In this document: piece after piece, positions 36,429 to 46,726 of the stretch | How the letters are laid out: the number at the start of each line of letters is the position of its first letter | Position numbering within the stretch: position 1 is the stretch's first letter | Origin: a bacterium | Lineage (GTDB): Bacteria; SZUA-182; DTGQ01 | DNA: 64,000 nucleotides | Direction: 5' to 3' | Assembly: GCA_023512255.1 (NCBI GenBank) | Contig: JAILZY010000006.1 | Span: 13,585 to 77,584, forward strand | Notes under the pieces: model-generated | Seen by the model: only the letters and a program-made list of their open reading frames with translations | Told to the model about the DNA's origin: nothing | The model's database searches: none | Program-made: the position numbers and the translations under genes

Positions 36429-36698
36429 ATGACCACGGAATTAGTGATTCAATACGTCAATGAAACGCTAAAACTTGCCCTGCTCATCTCGGCTCCGATG
36501 CTGATTTTCGGGCTAATTGGCGGGATAGTGGTGGCTTTATTTCAGGCTGCCACCCAGATTCAGGAGATGACCCTAACCTTTATTCCCAAAATTTTGGCCG
36601 TAGCCATCTCCCTACTGCTGTTTTTCCCTTGGATGATTGCCATGCTAAAAGGGTTTGCCACTCGGATATTTATTAATATCCCTATGTACATCAGGTAA
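36429..36698 (+). CDS. fliQ: Flagellar export apparatus FliQ
   Basis: FQAATQIQEMTLTFIPK. Confidence 0.97.
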   Translation: MTTELVIQYVNETLKLALLISAPMLIFGLIGGIVVALFQAATQIQEMTLTFIPKILAVAISLLLFFPWMIAMLKGFATRIFINIPMYIR

Positions 36699-36708
36699 GA
36701 GCAAGTTT

Positions 36709-37494
36709 ATGGATATATTCTGGATTACTGAGACACAGCTTATACCCTTCCTTCTGATCTTTATCCGGGTCAGCGGAATCCTCTTTGCCGCTCCGATGTT
36801 CGGCGAGCGGGCAATACCGGTACAGGTTAGGATCTGTCTTGGGCTTCTGCTTGCCCTCATTCTTGTTCCTGTAGTTCAAAAGGACAGATGGCCGTCATTT
36901 TCTGAGACTCCACAGCCGATTGTTCTGGTCTCTCTGGCCTTGATCGAGCTTATGGTAGGGTTGATCCTCGGTTTTATCAGCCGGCTATTTTTTGATGCGG
37001 CTCAACTAGCCGGGCATCTTGCCGGCTATCAGATGGGATTGGCTATGGCCAATATAATTGATCCAATGAGCGCCGCGCACGTGTCCTTGCCGGGTCAGCT
37101 TCAGACTCTTGTGGCTGGCCTTATCTTTTTGAATCTCAATGCTCATCATCTGCTGATCAGGGCCCTGGTCAAAAGCTTTGGATTGATTCCTCCCACCAGG
37201 TTTCAGCTCCAGGGTGTGCTGGTGGAAAGGGTTATGGTTCTGGCTGGCAGGATGTTTATCCTGGCCATCCAGATCGCCGCGCCAGTGATTGCGGTCAGCT
37301 TGTTTGTCAATCTTTTCCTGGCGCTCATGGCCAGGACCATACCGCAAATAAATGTTTTTATTGTGGCCATGCCGCTAGGCATAGCTATCGGCCTGTTTAT
37401 CCTGGCTATGTCCATGCCCTTGGTGGTTCAGGTACTCGGCCAAGCTTTTCATGATTTAGATAAGACTTTGCTTTTTTTGATGAGGAGGATGTAG
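36709..37494 (+). CDS. fliR: Flagellar export apparatus FliR
   Basis: IRVSGILFAAPMF, AGYQMGLAMA, ARTIPQINVF. Confidence 0.95.
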   Translation: MDIFWITETQLIPFLLIFIRVSGILFAAPMFGERAIPVQVRICLGLLLALILVPVVQKDRWPSFSETPQPIVLVSLALIELMVGLILGFISRLFFDAAQLAGHLAGYQMGLAMANIIDPMSAAHVSLPGQLQTLVAGLIFLNLNAHHLLIRALVKSFGLIPPTRFQLQGVLVERVMVLAGRMFILAIQIAAPVIAVSLFVNLFLALMARTIPQINVFIVAMPLGIAIGLFILAMSMPLVVQVLGQAFHDLDKTLLFLMRRM

Positions 37495-37497
37495 CCT

Positions 37498-38571
37498 TTG
37501 CCTGATATCGACAGATCGAAAAGAACCGAGCAGCCGACTCCCAAGCGAAAGCATGAGGCTTGGGCCAAGGGACAGGTGGCCAAATCACGTGAGCTTGGCA
37601 CTGTCTCTATCCTTCTGGCCAGCCTGATCGCTTTCCACTTCTTCGGAGCCAGATTTATCCATCATCTGGCTGAACTTGTTCGGTGGTTGATTCGATCGAG
37701 TGGGGAGCTGCCCATCCAGGACAGCAACCTGGTTGGCCTTCTGTTTCAGATCGAGGTGAGGCTATTATACCTCCTTGGGCCAATTATTCTGCTGATGTCT
37801 GTCTTTGCTCTTGGGGCTAACTTTGGCCAGGTCGGCTTTCTGGTTACCACTCAACCCCTGAAGCCTGATTTTAGCAGGCTTGATCCGATCAGGGGATTTT
37901 CGGCTCTCTTTTCACTCAGATCGCTGGTAGAGCTGATAAAGTCTCTGCTCAAGCTGGGGGTTCTTGGCTACATCGCCTATGTTACCATGAGGCAGGAGTT
38001 GCCCACTGTCCTTCTGCTTACGACTATGCCTCTTGGCGGCATCTTCTCCTCTATCTGCTCTGTTTCATTCAGGATACTTCTTCGCTCGACCATTGCTCTT
38101 TTGATTATGGCGGCTTTGGATTACTTCTATCAGCGGTATGAATGGAACAAGAGCCTGATGATGACCAAAGAGGAAGTCAAGGAGGAGCTTCGCCAGGCTG
38201 AAGGTGATCCCAAGGTGCGGGCCCAGATCCGCAAGACTCAGCAGCGGATTGCCCGCCAGCGCATGATGGCCCGTGTCCCTCAGGCCGATGTGGTCATCAC
38301 TAACCCGCAGCATCTGGCTGTGGCCCTGCGCTATGAGGTTCAAGAGATGGCCGCCCCGACAGTCATTGCCAAGGGAGCGGGATTCATTGCTGAAAAAATC
38401 AAACAGATAGCCAGAGAGCACGATATTCCCCTAGTGGAGGACAAGCCCCTGGCTCAACTGCTGTATAAAACCGTGGACATTGGACAGACGATCCCACCGC
38501 ATCTTTACCAAGCAGTGGCTGAGATCCTAGCCTATGTCTATCGTCTGAAACCGGAAAAGTATAAGAAATAG
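37498..38571 (+). CDS. flhB: Flagellar export apparatus FlhB
   Basis: TEQPTPKRK, EGDPKV and the ITNPQH autocleavage motif. Confidence 0.97.
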   Translation: MPDIDRSKRTEQPTPKRKHEAWAKGQVAKSRELGTVSILLASLIAFHFFGARFIHHLAELVRWLIRSSGELPIQDSNLVGLLFQIEVRLLYLLGPIILLMSVFALGANFGQVGFLVTTQPLKPDFSRLDPIRGFSALFSLRSLVELIKSLLKLGVLGYIAYVTMRQELPTVLLLTTMPLGGIFSSICSVSFRILLRSTIALLIMAALDYFYQRYEWNKSLMMTKEEVKEELRQAEGDPKVRAQIRKTQQRIARQRMMARVPQADVVITNPQHLAVALRYEVQEMAAPTVIAKGAGFIAEKIKQIAREHDIPLVEDKPLAQLLYKTVDIGQTIPPHLYQAVAEILAYVYRLKPEKYKK

Positions 38572-38581
38572 GTAGTTACTG

Positions 38582-40675
38582 ATGGCCGAGCAATCTCAAC
38601 TTCAGGTTCCAATCAGAATCTTGAGTGCAAAGAGCGATCTTTTGATTGCCCTTGGGGTGATCGGCATCGTTGGGGTGATGATCATTCCGCTTCCTCCCCT
38701 GATGCTCGATTTTTTGTTGAGCTTTGATATTGCCCTCTCAGTGGTCATTCTACTCTCTGCTCTCTATACCCTTGATCCTCTTGAGTTCTCGGTTTTCCCC
38801 TCACTGCTTCTTTTGGCCACCCTCTTTCGGCTGTCGCTCAATGTGGCCTCCACCCGGCTTATCCTGTTGCATGGGGAAAATGGAGTGGAAGCTGCTGGTA
38901 AAGTGATCATGGCCTTTGGCAGCTTTGTCATCGGTGGCAACTATGTGGTTGGGCTACTGGTGTTCTTTATCCTGGTCCTGATCAATTTTATCGTAATCAC
39001 CAGGGGTGCGGAGCGCACCGCCGAGGTTTCAGCCCGCTTTACCTTGGATGCTATGCCGGGCAAGCAGATGAGCATTGACGCTGATCTCAATGCTGGCCTC
39101 ATCAATGAGGAGCAGGCCAGGCTGCGGCGGCTCAAAATCTCCCAAGAGGCTGAATTCTATGGTTCTATGGATGGTGCTAGCAAATTCGTCAAGGGAGATG
39201 CCATTGCTGGCATGGTTATTACTTTTATCAACATTGTTGGCGGGCTAGTGATCGGCGTGCTGCAAAAGGGAATGTCTGTGAGTGAGGCCGCAACTACCTA
39301 TATTATCCTGACCGTAGGAGATGGCCTAGTAAGTCAGATTCCAGCTCTGATCGTCTCCACTGCTTCAGGAATCATTGTTACCCGGGCGATCTCAGAAAGC
39401 AATATCGGCCAGGAAATGACTAAGCAGCTTCTGATTCACCCAAAGGCCATCGGCTTGACCTCAGCTATTCTGTTCTGCTTTGGGCTTGTGCCCGGCTTGC
39501 CGACCTTCTCTTTTCTCAGCCTATCAGCAGCCAGCGCCATCCTGGCTTATTCGGTCTATAAAGTGCAGATAGGTGAAACCAAAAAGGCCGCAGAAGAATT
39601 CACAGCTAAACCCGCCCCGTCCGAGGCTGAAAGTAAGCTTATCAGCCTGGTTGAGCCCCTGGGGCTTGAGGTTGGCCTTCGCCTTATTCCGCTCATTGAC
39701 TTGAATCAGCATGGGGAAATCCTAGATCGGATTACAGCCATCCGCAAGCAGTATGCTTCGGAGATGGGATTTGCCTTTCCGGCGGTCAGAATAAGGGATA
39801 ATCTGCGGCTTGATCCCAATTCCTACTCAATTCTAATCAAAGGGGTCTCTGTAGCGCAAGGAAGCCTAATGCCCGGCCACTGCCTGGCCATGAATACGGA
39901 TGAGCAGGCAGTGCCCATCGAAGGTATCCCGACCCGGGATCCGACTTTTGGACTTCCAGCCCTGTGGATTCCCGAAAAAGATACTAATAAGGCTAGAGCC
40001 CTTGGATACACTGTCGTGGACCTATCCACGGTCGTAGCCACTCACTTCAAAGAGATTGTCAGGATGCATTCTCATGAGATCTTGAGCCGGCAAGATGTCC
40101 AGACCATGCTCGATACTCTGGCTGAAAGCCATCCCAAGGTGGTAGAGGAGGTAACTCCTGCTTTGCTTCCGCTCGGCACTATTCAGAAAGTGCTGCAAAA
40201 CCTGCTGAAAGAGCAGATTCCAGTCCGCGACCTGGTAACTATTATCGAGACTTTGGGAGACTATGGTCGGTCGGTTAAGGATCCAGACCTTCTGACCGAA
40301 TATGTCCGGGGCAGGCTGGCCCGCACCATCTCAAGCCTTTATCAGGATGAGGCCGGGATAGTGTCTGCCTTTATTTTGGATCAGAAGATTGAGGATCTGA
40401 TCAGCCGCTCGGTTCAGCATACGGATCAGGGGAGCCATCTGGCTATGAATCCGGCGCTGGCGCAGCAGATTATTGCCCGGATCGGCGAGGTGGTCACTCA
40501 GAGTGAAGAAGGGGACAATTATCCCATTCTCCTCTGCTCTGGTACGGTCAGGCGGTATGTTAGGGGATTGACCGAGAGGTTCGTCCCTAAGTTAGTTGTC
40601 TTGGCTTACCATGAAATTGCGGATAACGTCAAACTTCAATCACGAGGTGTAGTGGAGTTAGGGGATGCAAATTAA
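38582..40675 (+). CDS. flhA: Flagellar export apparatus FlhA
   Basis: RFTLDAMPGKQMSIDADL, GSMDGASKFVKGDA, VRIRDN. Confidence 0.98.
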   Translation: MAEQSQLQVPIRILSAKSDLLIALGVIGIVGVMIIPLPPLMLDFLLSFDIALSVVILLSALYTLDPLEFSVFPSLLLLATLFRLSLNVASTRLILLHGENGVEAAGKVIMAFGSFVIGGNYVVGLLVFFILVLINFIVITRGAERTAEVSARFTLDAMPGKQMSIDADLNAGLINEEQARLRRLKISQEAEFYGSMDGASKFVKGDAIAGMVITFINIVGGLVIGVLQKGMSVSEAATTYIILTVGDGLVSQIPALIVSTASGIIVTRAISESNIGQEMTKQLLIHPKAIGLTSAILFCFGLVPGLPTFSFLSLSAASAILAYSVYKVQIGETKKAAEEFTAKPAPSEAESKLISLVEPLGLEVGLRLIPLIDLNQHGEILDRITAIRKQYASEMGFAFPAVRIRDNLRLDPNSYSILIKGVSVAQGSLMPGHCLAMNTDEQAVPIEGIPTRDPTFGLPALWIPEKDTNKARALGYTVVDLSTVVATHFKEIVRMHSHEILSRQDVQTMLDTLAESHPKVVEEVTPALLPLGTIQKVLQNLLKEQIPVRDLVTIIETLGDYGRSVKDPDLLTEYVRGRLARTISSLYQDEAGIVSAFILDQKIEDLISRSVQHTDQGSHLAMNPALAQQIIARIGEVVTQSEEGDNYPILLCSGTVRRYVRGLTERFVPKLVVLAYHEIADNVKLQSRGVVELGDAN

Positions 40676-41990
40676 AAAATATGTAGCCAGCACAATTCAG
40701 GAAGCTTTGCGGCAGGTAAAAAAGGAGCTTGGACCAGAGGCGCTAATATTGTCGGTAAACAATATCGGGGCTAAGGCTGGGCCGCTGGCTCTTTTGTCTC
40801 CAGCCCGAGTGGAAGTAACCGCCGCTATTGACGAGGATGCTCTCGCTGGCCATCCCCCAGCACGATATCCAGCCAGTGTGCTGCCTTCTTCTTCGGTAAA
40901 CCCATCATCTAATCTGGATCTTGGGCAGAGGGTTAAATCTTTCAGCCCGGCATCGGCCAAATCTGCTGATCTTGATTTCCCCTCCAATCAGCGGCACTCA
41001 TCATCCAGCAGGCACTTGGCCGACGATCTCCAGCGAATGACCCAAGGGGCAATGAAGATGGCCAAGAGCATGAGAGGGGCTCTGATCAGCACCCTGTGCG
41101 GAAGGCATTCTGGACCGCTGGCCCATGCAAACCAAAAGAGTGATTTGGGGCCGATTGCCTCTCTGTGCCAGATTCTCAAAAACATCGGTCTTCAGGAAGA
41201 TATTGTTGAGCATATATTTGATGTTCTGACTATGGAAATACCACAGCCTGAAACCTATACCAGCCTACACCTGGAAGAGCTGGCCAAGGGAATCCTGTCG
41301 CGGCTAGTCAAAACCTCAGGGCCAATTAAGCTAGGAGGGTCGCGAAAGCCAAAATATGTGGCCTTGGTCGGACCTACTGGGACCGGCAAAACTACCACTA
41401 TTGCCAAACTGTCCGCTGAACTCCTTCTCAAGAGAAAAAAGAAGGTCGGCCTGATCACTATTGATACCTATCGGATCGGAGCCGTGGAGCAGCTAAATAC
41501 CTATGCTAGCATCATGAATATTCCCGTAGTTGCAGCCTGCACCTTCGAGCAGATGCGAAAAGCCCTGCTCCAATACCAGGATCAGGATATAGTTCTTATT
41601 GACACTGCCGGCTTCAGCCATCATGACCAGGAGCACCTGCAGCTTCTTAGCGCCTTCATGTCCCAGCTTGCTGATCCTGAGATTCACCTTGTGCTGAGCA
41701 TAAATACTAATGAAAAGGAGTTGATCAATATAAGCCAAAAGTTCAGCCTACTGCGATATGAGCGTCTGCTGTTTACCAAACTTGATGAAAGCTCATATCC
41801 AGGCACGATCTTTAATCACATGGTTTATACCGGAAAACCCATCTCCTATATAACTACAGGCCAGAGGGTCCCTGAGGATATCGAGGTGGCTACACCAGGT
41901 GGCATCATTAATTTGTTGTTTCGCAAAAGCCACCCTCTGCCTTCAGTTGATCTTTTGGGGCCCAAGGCAAGTGAGCGCACCAGAGAATGA
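40665..41990 (+). CDS. flhF: SRP-type GTPase FlhF
   Basis: MQIKKY N-terminus, GPTGTGKTTT, DTYRIGA, DTAG, TKLDE, GQRVPEDI. Confidence 0.95.
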   Translation: MQIKKYVASTIQEALRQVKKELGPEALILSVNNIGAKAGPLALLSPARVEVTAAIDEDALAGHPPARYPASVLPSSSVNPSSNLDLGQRVKSFSPASAKSADLDFPSNQRHSSSSRHLADDLQRMTQGAMKMAKSMRGALISTLCGRHSGPLAHANQKSDLGPIASLCQILKNIGLQEDIVEHIFDVLTMEIPQPETYTSLHLEELAKGILSRLVKTSGPIKLGGSRKPKYVALVGPTGTGKTTTIAKLSAELLLKRKKKVGLITIDTYRIGAVEQLNTYASIMNIPVVAACTFEQMRKALLQYQDQDIVLIDTAGFSHHDQEHLQLLSAFMSQLADPEIHLVLSINTNEKELINISQKFSLLRYERLLFTKLDESSYPGTIFNHMVYTGKPISYITTGQRVPEDIEVATPGGIINLLFRKSHPLPSVDLLGPKASERTRE

Positions 41991-42002
41991 GGGAAAAAGC
42001 AG

Positions 42003-42896
42003 ATGTTTGACCAGGCAGACAATCTTCGCCAAATAGTAGCCGAAGCCGCTGTCCAACCTGATAAGACAGACTCCCTTCGGCTCATTCGCCGGGCCAGAAT
42101 ATTTTCTATTACCAGCGGTAAAGGAGGCGTGGGAAAAACTAACATTGCCGTAAATCTGGCCTATGCCCTGCAGCAGTTCAACAAAAGGGTGCTGATCGTC
42201 GATGCTGATCTTGGGCTGGCCAATGTCAACATTCTGCTGGGAATCTCGTCTCAATGGACGCTCCAGCATGTTATCCGGCAGGAAAAAAGCATCTTTGAGG
42301 TGATTGCCGAAAGCCCTGATGGACTTTCGATCTTGCCGGCACCCTCAGGTATTGAAGAGATGACCAATTTAAGTGCAGCTCAAAAGCTTGCCCTGAAATC
42401 CCAACTAGATCTGCTGGATCAGCACTACGATTTCATCTTGATCGACACCGCGGCCGGCATTTCTTCTAACGTCATGGCTTTTAACCAAATGGCACAGGAG
42501 GTGATTGTCATTCTCTCGCCAGACCCAACCTCTTTGGCCGATGCCTATGCCACCATCAAGGTTTTGGCCACAAGGTACGGAGTCAGCGGGTTTCATGTTA
42601 TTGCTAACCATACCCATAATGCCCTCCATGGGAGGGAGCTTTTTCAGAAATTGGAGAAAATCTGCCAGCGCTTTCTCAAAGTTCCTATCCGACACCTGGG
42701 GACTCTGTCGGCTGATCCCAAACTGACTCAGGCCTCAAGGAACCAGCAGATCGTGGTCAAGCAGTATCCGAAAGCCAAGATCAGCCAGGAGATCCTAAGG
42801 ATAGCAGAGTCTGTTGGCGGTATCCCCTATGACCCGTGGTCTAACAGAAGTATTTATTTTTTCTTGAGTAATGTCCTTAATCTAGGACAGGAGTGA
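42003..42896 (+). CDS. flhG: MinD-like ATPase FlhG/FleN
   Basis: DQADNLR, TSGKGGVGKT, DADLGLAN, DAYATIK. Confidence 0.95.
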   Translation: MFDQADNLRQIVAEAAVQPDKTDSLRLIRRARIFSITSGKGGVGKTNIAVNLAYALQQFNKRVLIVDADLGLANVNILLGISSQWTLQHVIRQEKSIFEVIAESPDGLSILPAPSGIEEMTNLSAAQKLALKSQLDLLDQHYDFILIDTAAGISSNVMAFNQMAQEVIVILSPDPTSLADAYATIKVLATRYGVSGFHVIANHTHNALHGRELFQKLEKICQRFLKVPIRHLGTLSADPKLTQASRNQQIVVKQYPKAKISQEILRIAESVGGIPYDPWSNRSIYFFLSNVLNLGQE

Positions 42897-42906
42897 GAGG
42901 TACCCG

Positions 42907-43671
42907 ATGAAAAATATTCCAAAACCCGAAAAACAGTACGAGACATCCTGGATTGAAACCGAAGAGGAGCGCAATCAGCTTATCCTAGAGCATCTGCCGA
43001 TGATTAAATTCATCGCTACCCGCATTGCCAACCGTCTGCCTCCCAATGTCCAGACCGAAGACCTGATTGAAGCAGGCATCATTGGCCTGCTTGATGCGAT
43101 TGAAAAATTTGACGCCTCCAAGGATGTCAAATTCAAAACCTATGCCGAATTCCGAATCCGTGGGGCCATTCTCGATGAGCTGCGGGCCCAGGACTGGACC
43201 CCCCGCTCCATCCACCAGAAGATCAAGAAGGTGGAAAAAGCCTACATCGACGTAGAGCAAAGGACAGGCCGAGCTGCTACGGACGAGGAAATCGCCGCCG
43301 AAATGAATATCTCCTTGGAGAAATATCACAAGCTGATCAATCAGGTGCGCAACGTATCCATTATCAGTCTTGAAGATTTAACTAAACTTTTGCCTCTTGA
43401 TGAGAAGGATAACATTCTCGAATGCCTGAAGAGCTCGCAGGATGAAACCATCTATGAAAAGGTCAATCTGAAGCAGATTAAAGACCTTCTGGCCAAGGCC
43501 ATCAATGAGTTGAATGTCAAGGACCAGATGATTCTCTCACTCTACTACTGGGATGAGTTGACCATGAAAGAGATCGGCAATATCCTGGGGTTGGCCGAAT
43601 CAACCATTTCCGAGCGGCATACCAAGGCCATGCTTTTGCTGAAGCAGAAGCTGCGGGAGGTTATTCTGTGA
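42907..43671 (+). CDS. fliA: Flagellar sigma factor sigma-28
   Basis: FKTYAEFRIRGAILDELR, YYWDELTMKEIG. Confidence 0.95.
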   Translation: MKNIPKPEKQYETSWIETEEERNQLILEHLPMIKFIATRIANRLPPNVQTEDLIEAGIIGLLDAIEKFDASKDVKFKTYAEFRIRGAILDELRAQDWTPRSIHQKIKKVEKAYIDVEQRTGRAATDEEIAAEMNISLEKYHKLINQVRNVSIISLEDLTKLLPLDEKDNILECLKSSQDETIYEKVNLKQIKDLLAKAINELNVKDQMILSLYYWDELTMKEIGNILGLAESTISERHTKAMLLLKQKLREVIL

Positions 43672-43738
43672 GCGCAAAGCCGCGCTTTGATCATCAGGAA
43701 TGATAATGATATGGTGGGGGATAAAGAAAGGGGGAGAT

Positions 43739-43978
43739 ATGATCAATCCAATCAGCATACAGCCGCCAGTGGCTGGTTCTCCGGCTGTGGGCAAGAAAAA
43801 TCAGGAGAGGCAAAAGAGCGGACGCACTCCGCTCAAGGAGTTGGCTCAAGCGGGAGTGAAGAAAAGACCCAAAGAGGCGCCCTCACCACAGGAGCAGCCA
43901 AAGCAGGCGCCCCCAAGGGATGATGTTCCTAGGATTTCACCAAGTGATGATATTCCTAGGATTGATGTATTGATATGA
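43739..43978 (+). CDS. Small Pro/Lys/Gln-rich hypothetical protein (79 aa)
   Basis: Strong RBS (GGGGGAG) before ATG 43739; co-oriented between fliA and flgB. No recognisable family. Confidence 0.5.
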   Translation: MINPISIQPPVAGSPAVGKKNQERQKSGRTPLKELAQAGVKKRPKEAPSPQEQPKQAPPRDDVPRISPSDDIPRIDVLI

Positions 43979-44131
43979 ATTTATTAGTATATAAATTTAT
44001 TAGTATAAATTTTAGTATAAATTTATGAATTTATGTTATGAGGTAATTATTTTCATGGGTAATTGTTTTGCGGATAATTGTATTTTGCAGGGAGAATTAT
44101 AAAAGTGCCAATTAGAATAGATAATATGCCT

Positions 44132-44500
44132 ATGAAAGTCGAAACTGAGTCAAGCAGAGAAGCTGGCCAGATTATCCAGAGAAAATTGTTTGATCAACCC
44201 TTTCCTGCTCTTGAGAAGGGGGTGGACTATCGCGTCAGGCGCAATAGCCTGATCTCATCAAATATCGCTAACCTGAATACTCCTAACTACCGGGCATTTG
44301 ATCTGATTATGAATGAAAAACTGCAAGAGCCTAAACTGGTGCCAACTTCCACGCCGGTCAAGAATGATGGAAATTCTGTGGATCTGGATCTAGAAATGAG
44401 CAAACTGACTGAAAACCAGCTCATGTTCACTACTCTGACCCTAATGCTCTCGAAACGGTTCGAGCAACTGCGAACAGTAATCGCCGAAGGGAGAAAATAG
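44132..44500 (+). CDS. flgB: Flagellar proximal rod protein FlgB (start uncertain)
   Basis: SSNIANLNTPNY, DGNSVDLDLEM; directly upstream of flgC. Confidence 0.9.
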   Translation: MKVETESSREAGQIIQRKLFDQPFPALEKGVDYRVRRNSLISSNIANLNTPNYRAFDLIMNEKLQEPKLVPTSTPVKNDGNSVDLDLEMSKLTENQLMFTTLTLMLSKRFEQLRTVIAEGRK

Positions 44501-44503
44501 GCC

Positions 44504-44941
44504 ATGAATCTTTTTACCTCACTTGATATCAGCTCCTCCGGACTGATGGCCCAGCGCTATCGGATGAATCTTATTTCCAGCAATATTGCCAATGCTACCA
44601 CCACCAGGACTGCTGATGGCGGCGGCCCCTATCGCCGTCAGGACGCCATCTTGGCTCCAGTGGCAGTTCAGCAACCACCCTTTGATGAGCTACTGAGATC
44701 ATTTGGAGCCAGGCCAGTGAATAAAGTCGAAGTGATTGGCACCTTTACCGATCCCAGACAGCCAAATCTGGTCTACGATCCTTCGCATCCAGATGCAGAT
44801 GCCGACGGGATTGTGGCCATGCCCAATATTAATCCCATCGAGGAGATGGCTAACTTGCTCACTACGGTCCGAGCCTATGAAGCAAATCTGGTGGCGGTGA
44901 GTGCGACTAAGGATATGATCAAAAATACTCTCAAGATCTAG
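44504..44941 (+). CDS. flgC: Flagellar proximal rod protein FlgC
   Basis: SNIANATTTR, GPYRR, YDPSHPDA, RAYEAN. Confidence 0.97.
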   Translation: MNLFTSLDISSSGLMAQRYRMNLISSNIANATTTRTADGGGPYRRQDAILAPVAVQQPPFDELLRSFGARPVNKVEVIGTFTDPRQPNLVYDPSHPDADADGIVAMPNINPIEEMANLLTTVRAYEANLVAVSATKDMIKNTLKI

Positions 44942-44992
44942 ACCTTCACGTTTTATAAGAATAAATAAGGAAAAAAATTTAATAAAAACCGC

Positions 44993-46660
44993 TTGAGGAC
45001 AAAAAGAATGATTGTGGCCAACGATATGCAACCATCAGCAGGAGTGGCTATCTGCCGCCCTTATCAGGGTGAAAAAATCAGAGCAGGCAGGCAGCCTAAG
45101 GCAAGCTCCCCACAAGAGAGCAAATTCCAAGCAGCTAACCTTATCTTTGGCCACCTCTTCTTTCAACTCCTGAGCCACTCTCCAGGCTCCTTTGGCCAGA
45201 CTCAAGCAGAGGATGATAGGCGGCAGGCTCCTCATAAGGGGGCAGGAGTAAAAGGCCTTCTGCTCTGCTCAGATCGAGTAAAAGCGCCTCCCTTGTCCCA
45301 TCCCCCATCCCCTGCTGAGAGCGAAGTTTCCCGTCTCAGGGGTGAGGAAAAGAGCAAGGAGGTCTTTCCCGGCAAGGGGGGTGAGGGACGGCAGGCCGCT
45401 GCCAGAAAATCCAGTGAGTCAAAAGCTACTCACTACATTCCAGGTGAGACTGCGAGCAAAGAGTTTGGGGAAGGAGCGGCTCTCAAAAGGAGCGGTCTTA
45501 TCCCCATAAAGATTGGCCACTCTAACCTCCTCATCCCGCCTCGGCATCTTACCCTAGAGAGGAGATTTTCAGCCAAAGCGGAGAAGAATGAGGCTAGCAG
45601 CAGCCTACTCGAAAAGGAGGTCAGCAGCCTACTAAAGGAGAGAAAAAATCCGATCTTACAACCTTCGGCAGGAGGAGAAAAACTATCGGCAGAAGGACGA
45701 GCGGGCGGAGGCAGGCCTTTATCCAAGGAAATTGACTGGCAGAGCATGAGGCTCTCTGGTGAGTTTAATCCTTTCGAGAGCAAGTCTAGCCAGTCAGCCC
45801 CCACCAGGCATGGTCAGCAGCAGGATAAGCCCAACCCGATGGCATCTTCCCCGCTGGGTGAGAAGAGCAGCCTAAAGCCGCATGGCGGGCAGGAAGAGCG
45901 GCAGCCGCAGCAGCAGCAAGGCCAATCATTTTCTTCCCCGCTTCGGTCTGCATCTTTAGACACTGATTTTTCAGCCATTTTTCGAACCACGGGAGAAGAA
46001 AAGCAAGCTTTCTACTCTCATGAGCAGCCAAAAGCCAACCCTTCTGGTCCCCATGAGGAGAAAGCCCAAAAAGTGGCAGCAGCAGCGGCAGTGGCAGCTT
46101 ATGGAAAATATGCCGCCAAGCCATATCCTGCAGAGGGTGTCTCTCTGCCAGCCTCGTGGGCAGCCCACACAGCTTCATCTTCCCCGCTAGAGGAGATCTG
46201 GCAGCAGATTGCACCTCGGCTTAATGCCCGAATTTGGGACCACGGCCATAGTCTGACCGTTGATCTCCATCCAGATCACCTTGGCAGGCTGCACATTAGC
46301 CTTGAGCTGAAGGGAGATATGTTCAGAGCTCATCTTGCCGCCGAAAGCCCCAAGACGCAGAAAATCCTTGAGGAAAATCTAGCCTCCCTCAAGCTCTCAC
46401 TGGCCAGACACCTGGCTGATTGGGGAATCGAGGTAAAGCAATTTTCTGTCTCCATCGGGGGAGGAGGCGGCGCTGGCGGTGAAGGCAGTGGGGTTAATGG
46501 CGAGGGGGGGGGATTTTCTGGATATCCAAAAGGAGGAGAATATCCGCCAAGGAGAGAGCAGAGCATCATCTGGGACAGCTTCTCCGATGAGCTCTTTGTC
46601 TCACCCTCTGATCAGATGGGAAAGCAGTCTGGAGAGGATGGAATAAATTATTTAGCTTGA
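44993..46660 (+). CDS. fliK: Flagellar hook-length control protein FliK
   Basis: Long low-complexity N-terminus and C-terminal T3S4 domain (LHPDHLGRLHISL); precedes flgD. Confidence 0.85.
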   Translation: MRTKRMIVANDMQPSAGVAICRPYQGEKIRAGRQPKASSPQESKFQAANLIFGHLFFQLLSHSPGSFGQTQAEDDRRQAPHKGAGVKGLLLCSDRVKAPPLSHPPSPAESEVSRLRGEEKSKEVFPGKGGEGRQAAARKSSESKATHYIPGETASKEFGEGAALKRSGLIPIKIGHSNLLIPPRHLTLERRFSAKAEKNEASSSLLEKEVSSLLKERKNPILQPSAGGEKLSAEGRAGGGRPLSKEIDWQSMRLSGEFNPFESKSSQSAPTRHGQQQDKPNPMASSPLGEKSSLKPHGGQEERQPQQQQGQSFSSPLRSASLDTDFSAIFRTTGEEKQAFYSHEQPKANPSGPHEEKAQKVAAAAAVAAYGKYAAKPYPAEGVSLPASWAAHTASSSPLEEIWQQIAPRLNARIWDHGHSLTVDLHPDHLGRLHISLELKGDMFRAHLAAESPKTQKILEENLASLKLSLARHLADWGIEVKQFSVSIGGGGGAGGEGSGVNGEGGGFSGYPKGGEYPPRREQSIIWDSFSDELFVSPSDQMGKQSGEDGINYLA

Positions 46661-46726
46661 GGTTTTTTGAGATTTACCTTTTTGAGTACCATAATTACCA
46701 TCTGAATTTACAAGGAGATAAGAAAC

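Noticed and set aside
43739-43978. Anti-sigma factor FlgM
   Set aside because: Lacks the FlgM C-terminal motif (R..KV..IK..I..G.Y.VD).
44056-44072. Sigma-54 promoter before flgB (GGTAATTGTTTTGC)
   Set aside because: Poor -24 match, and it is part of a local tandem duplication.
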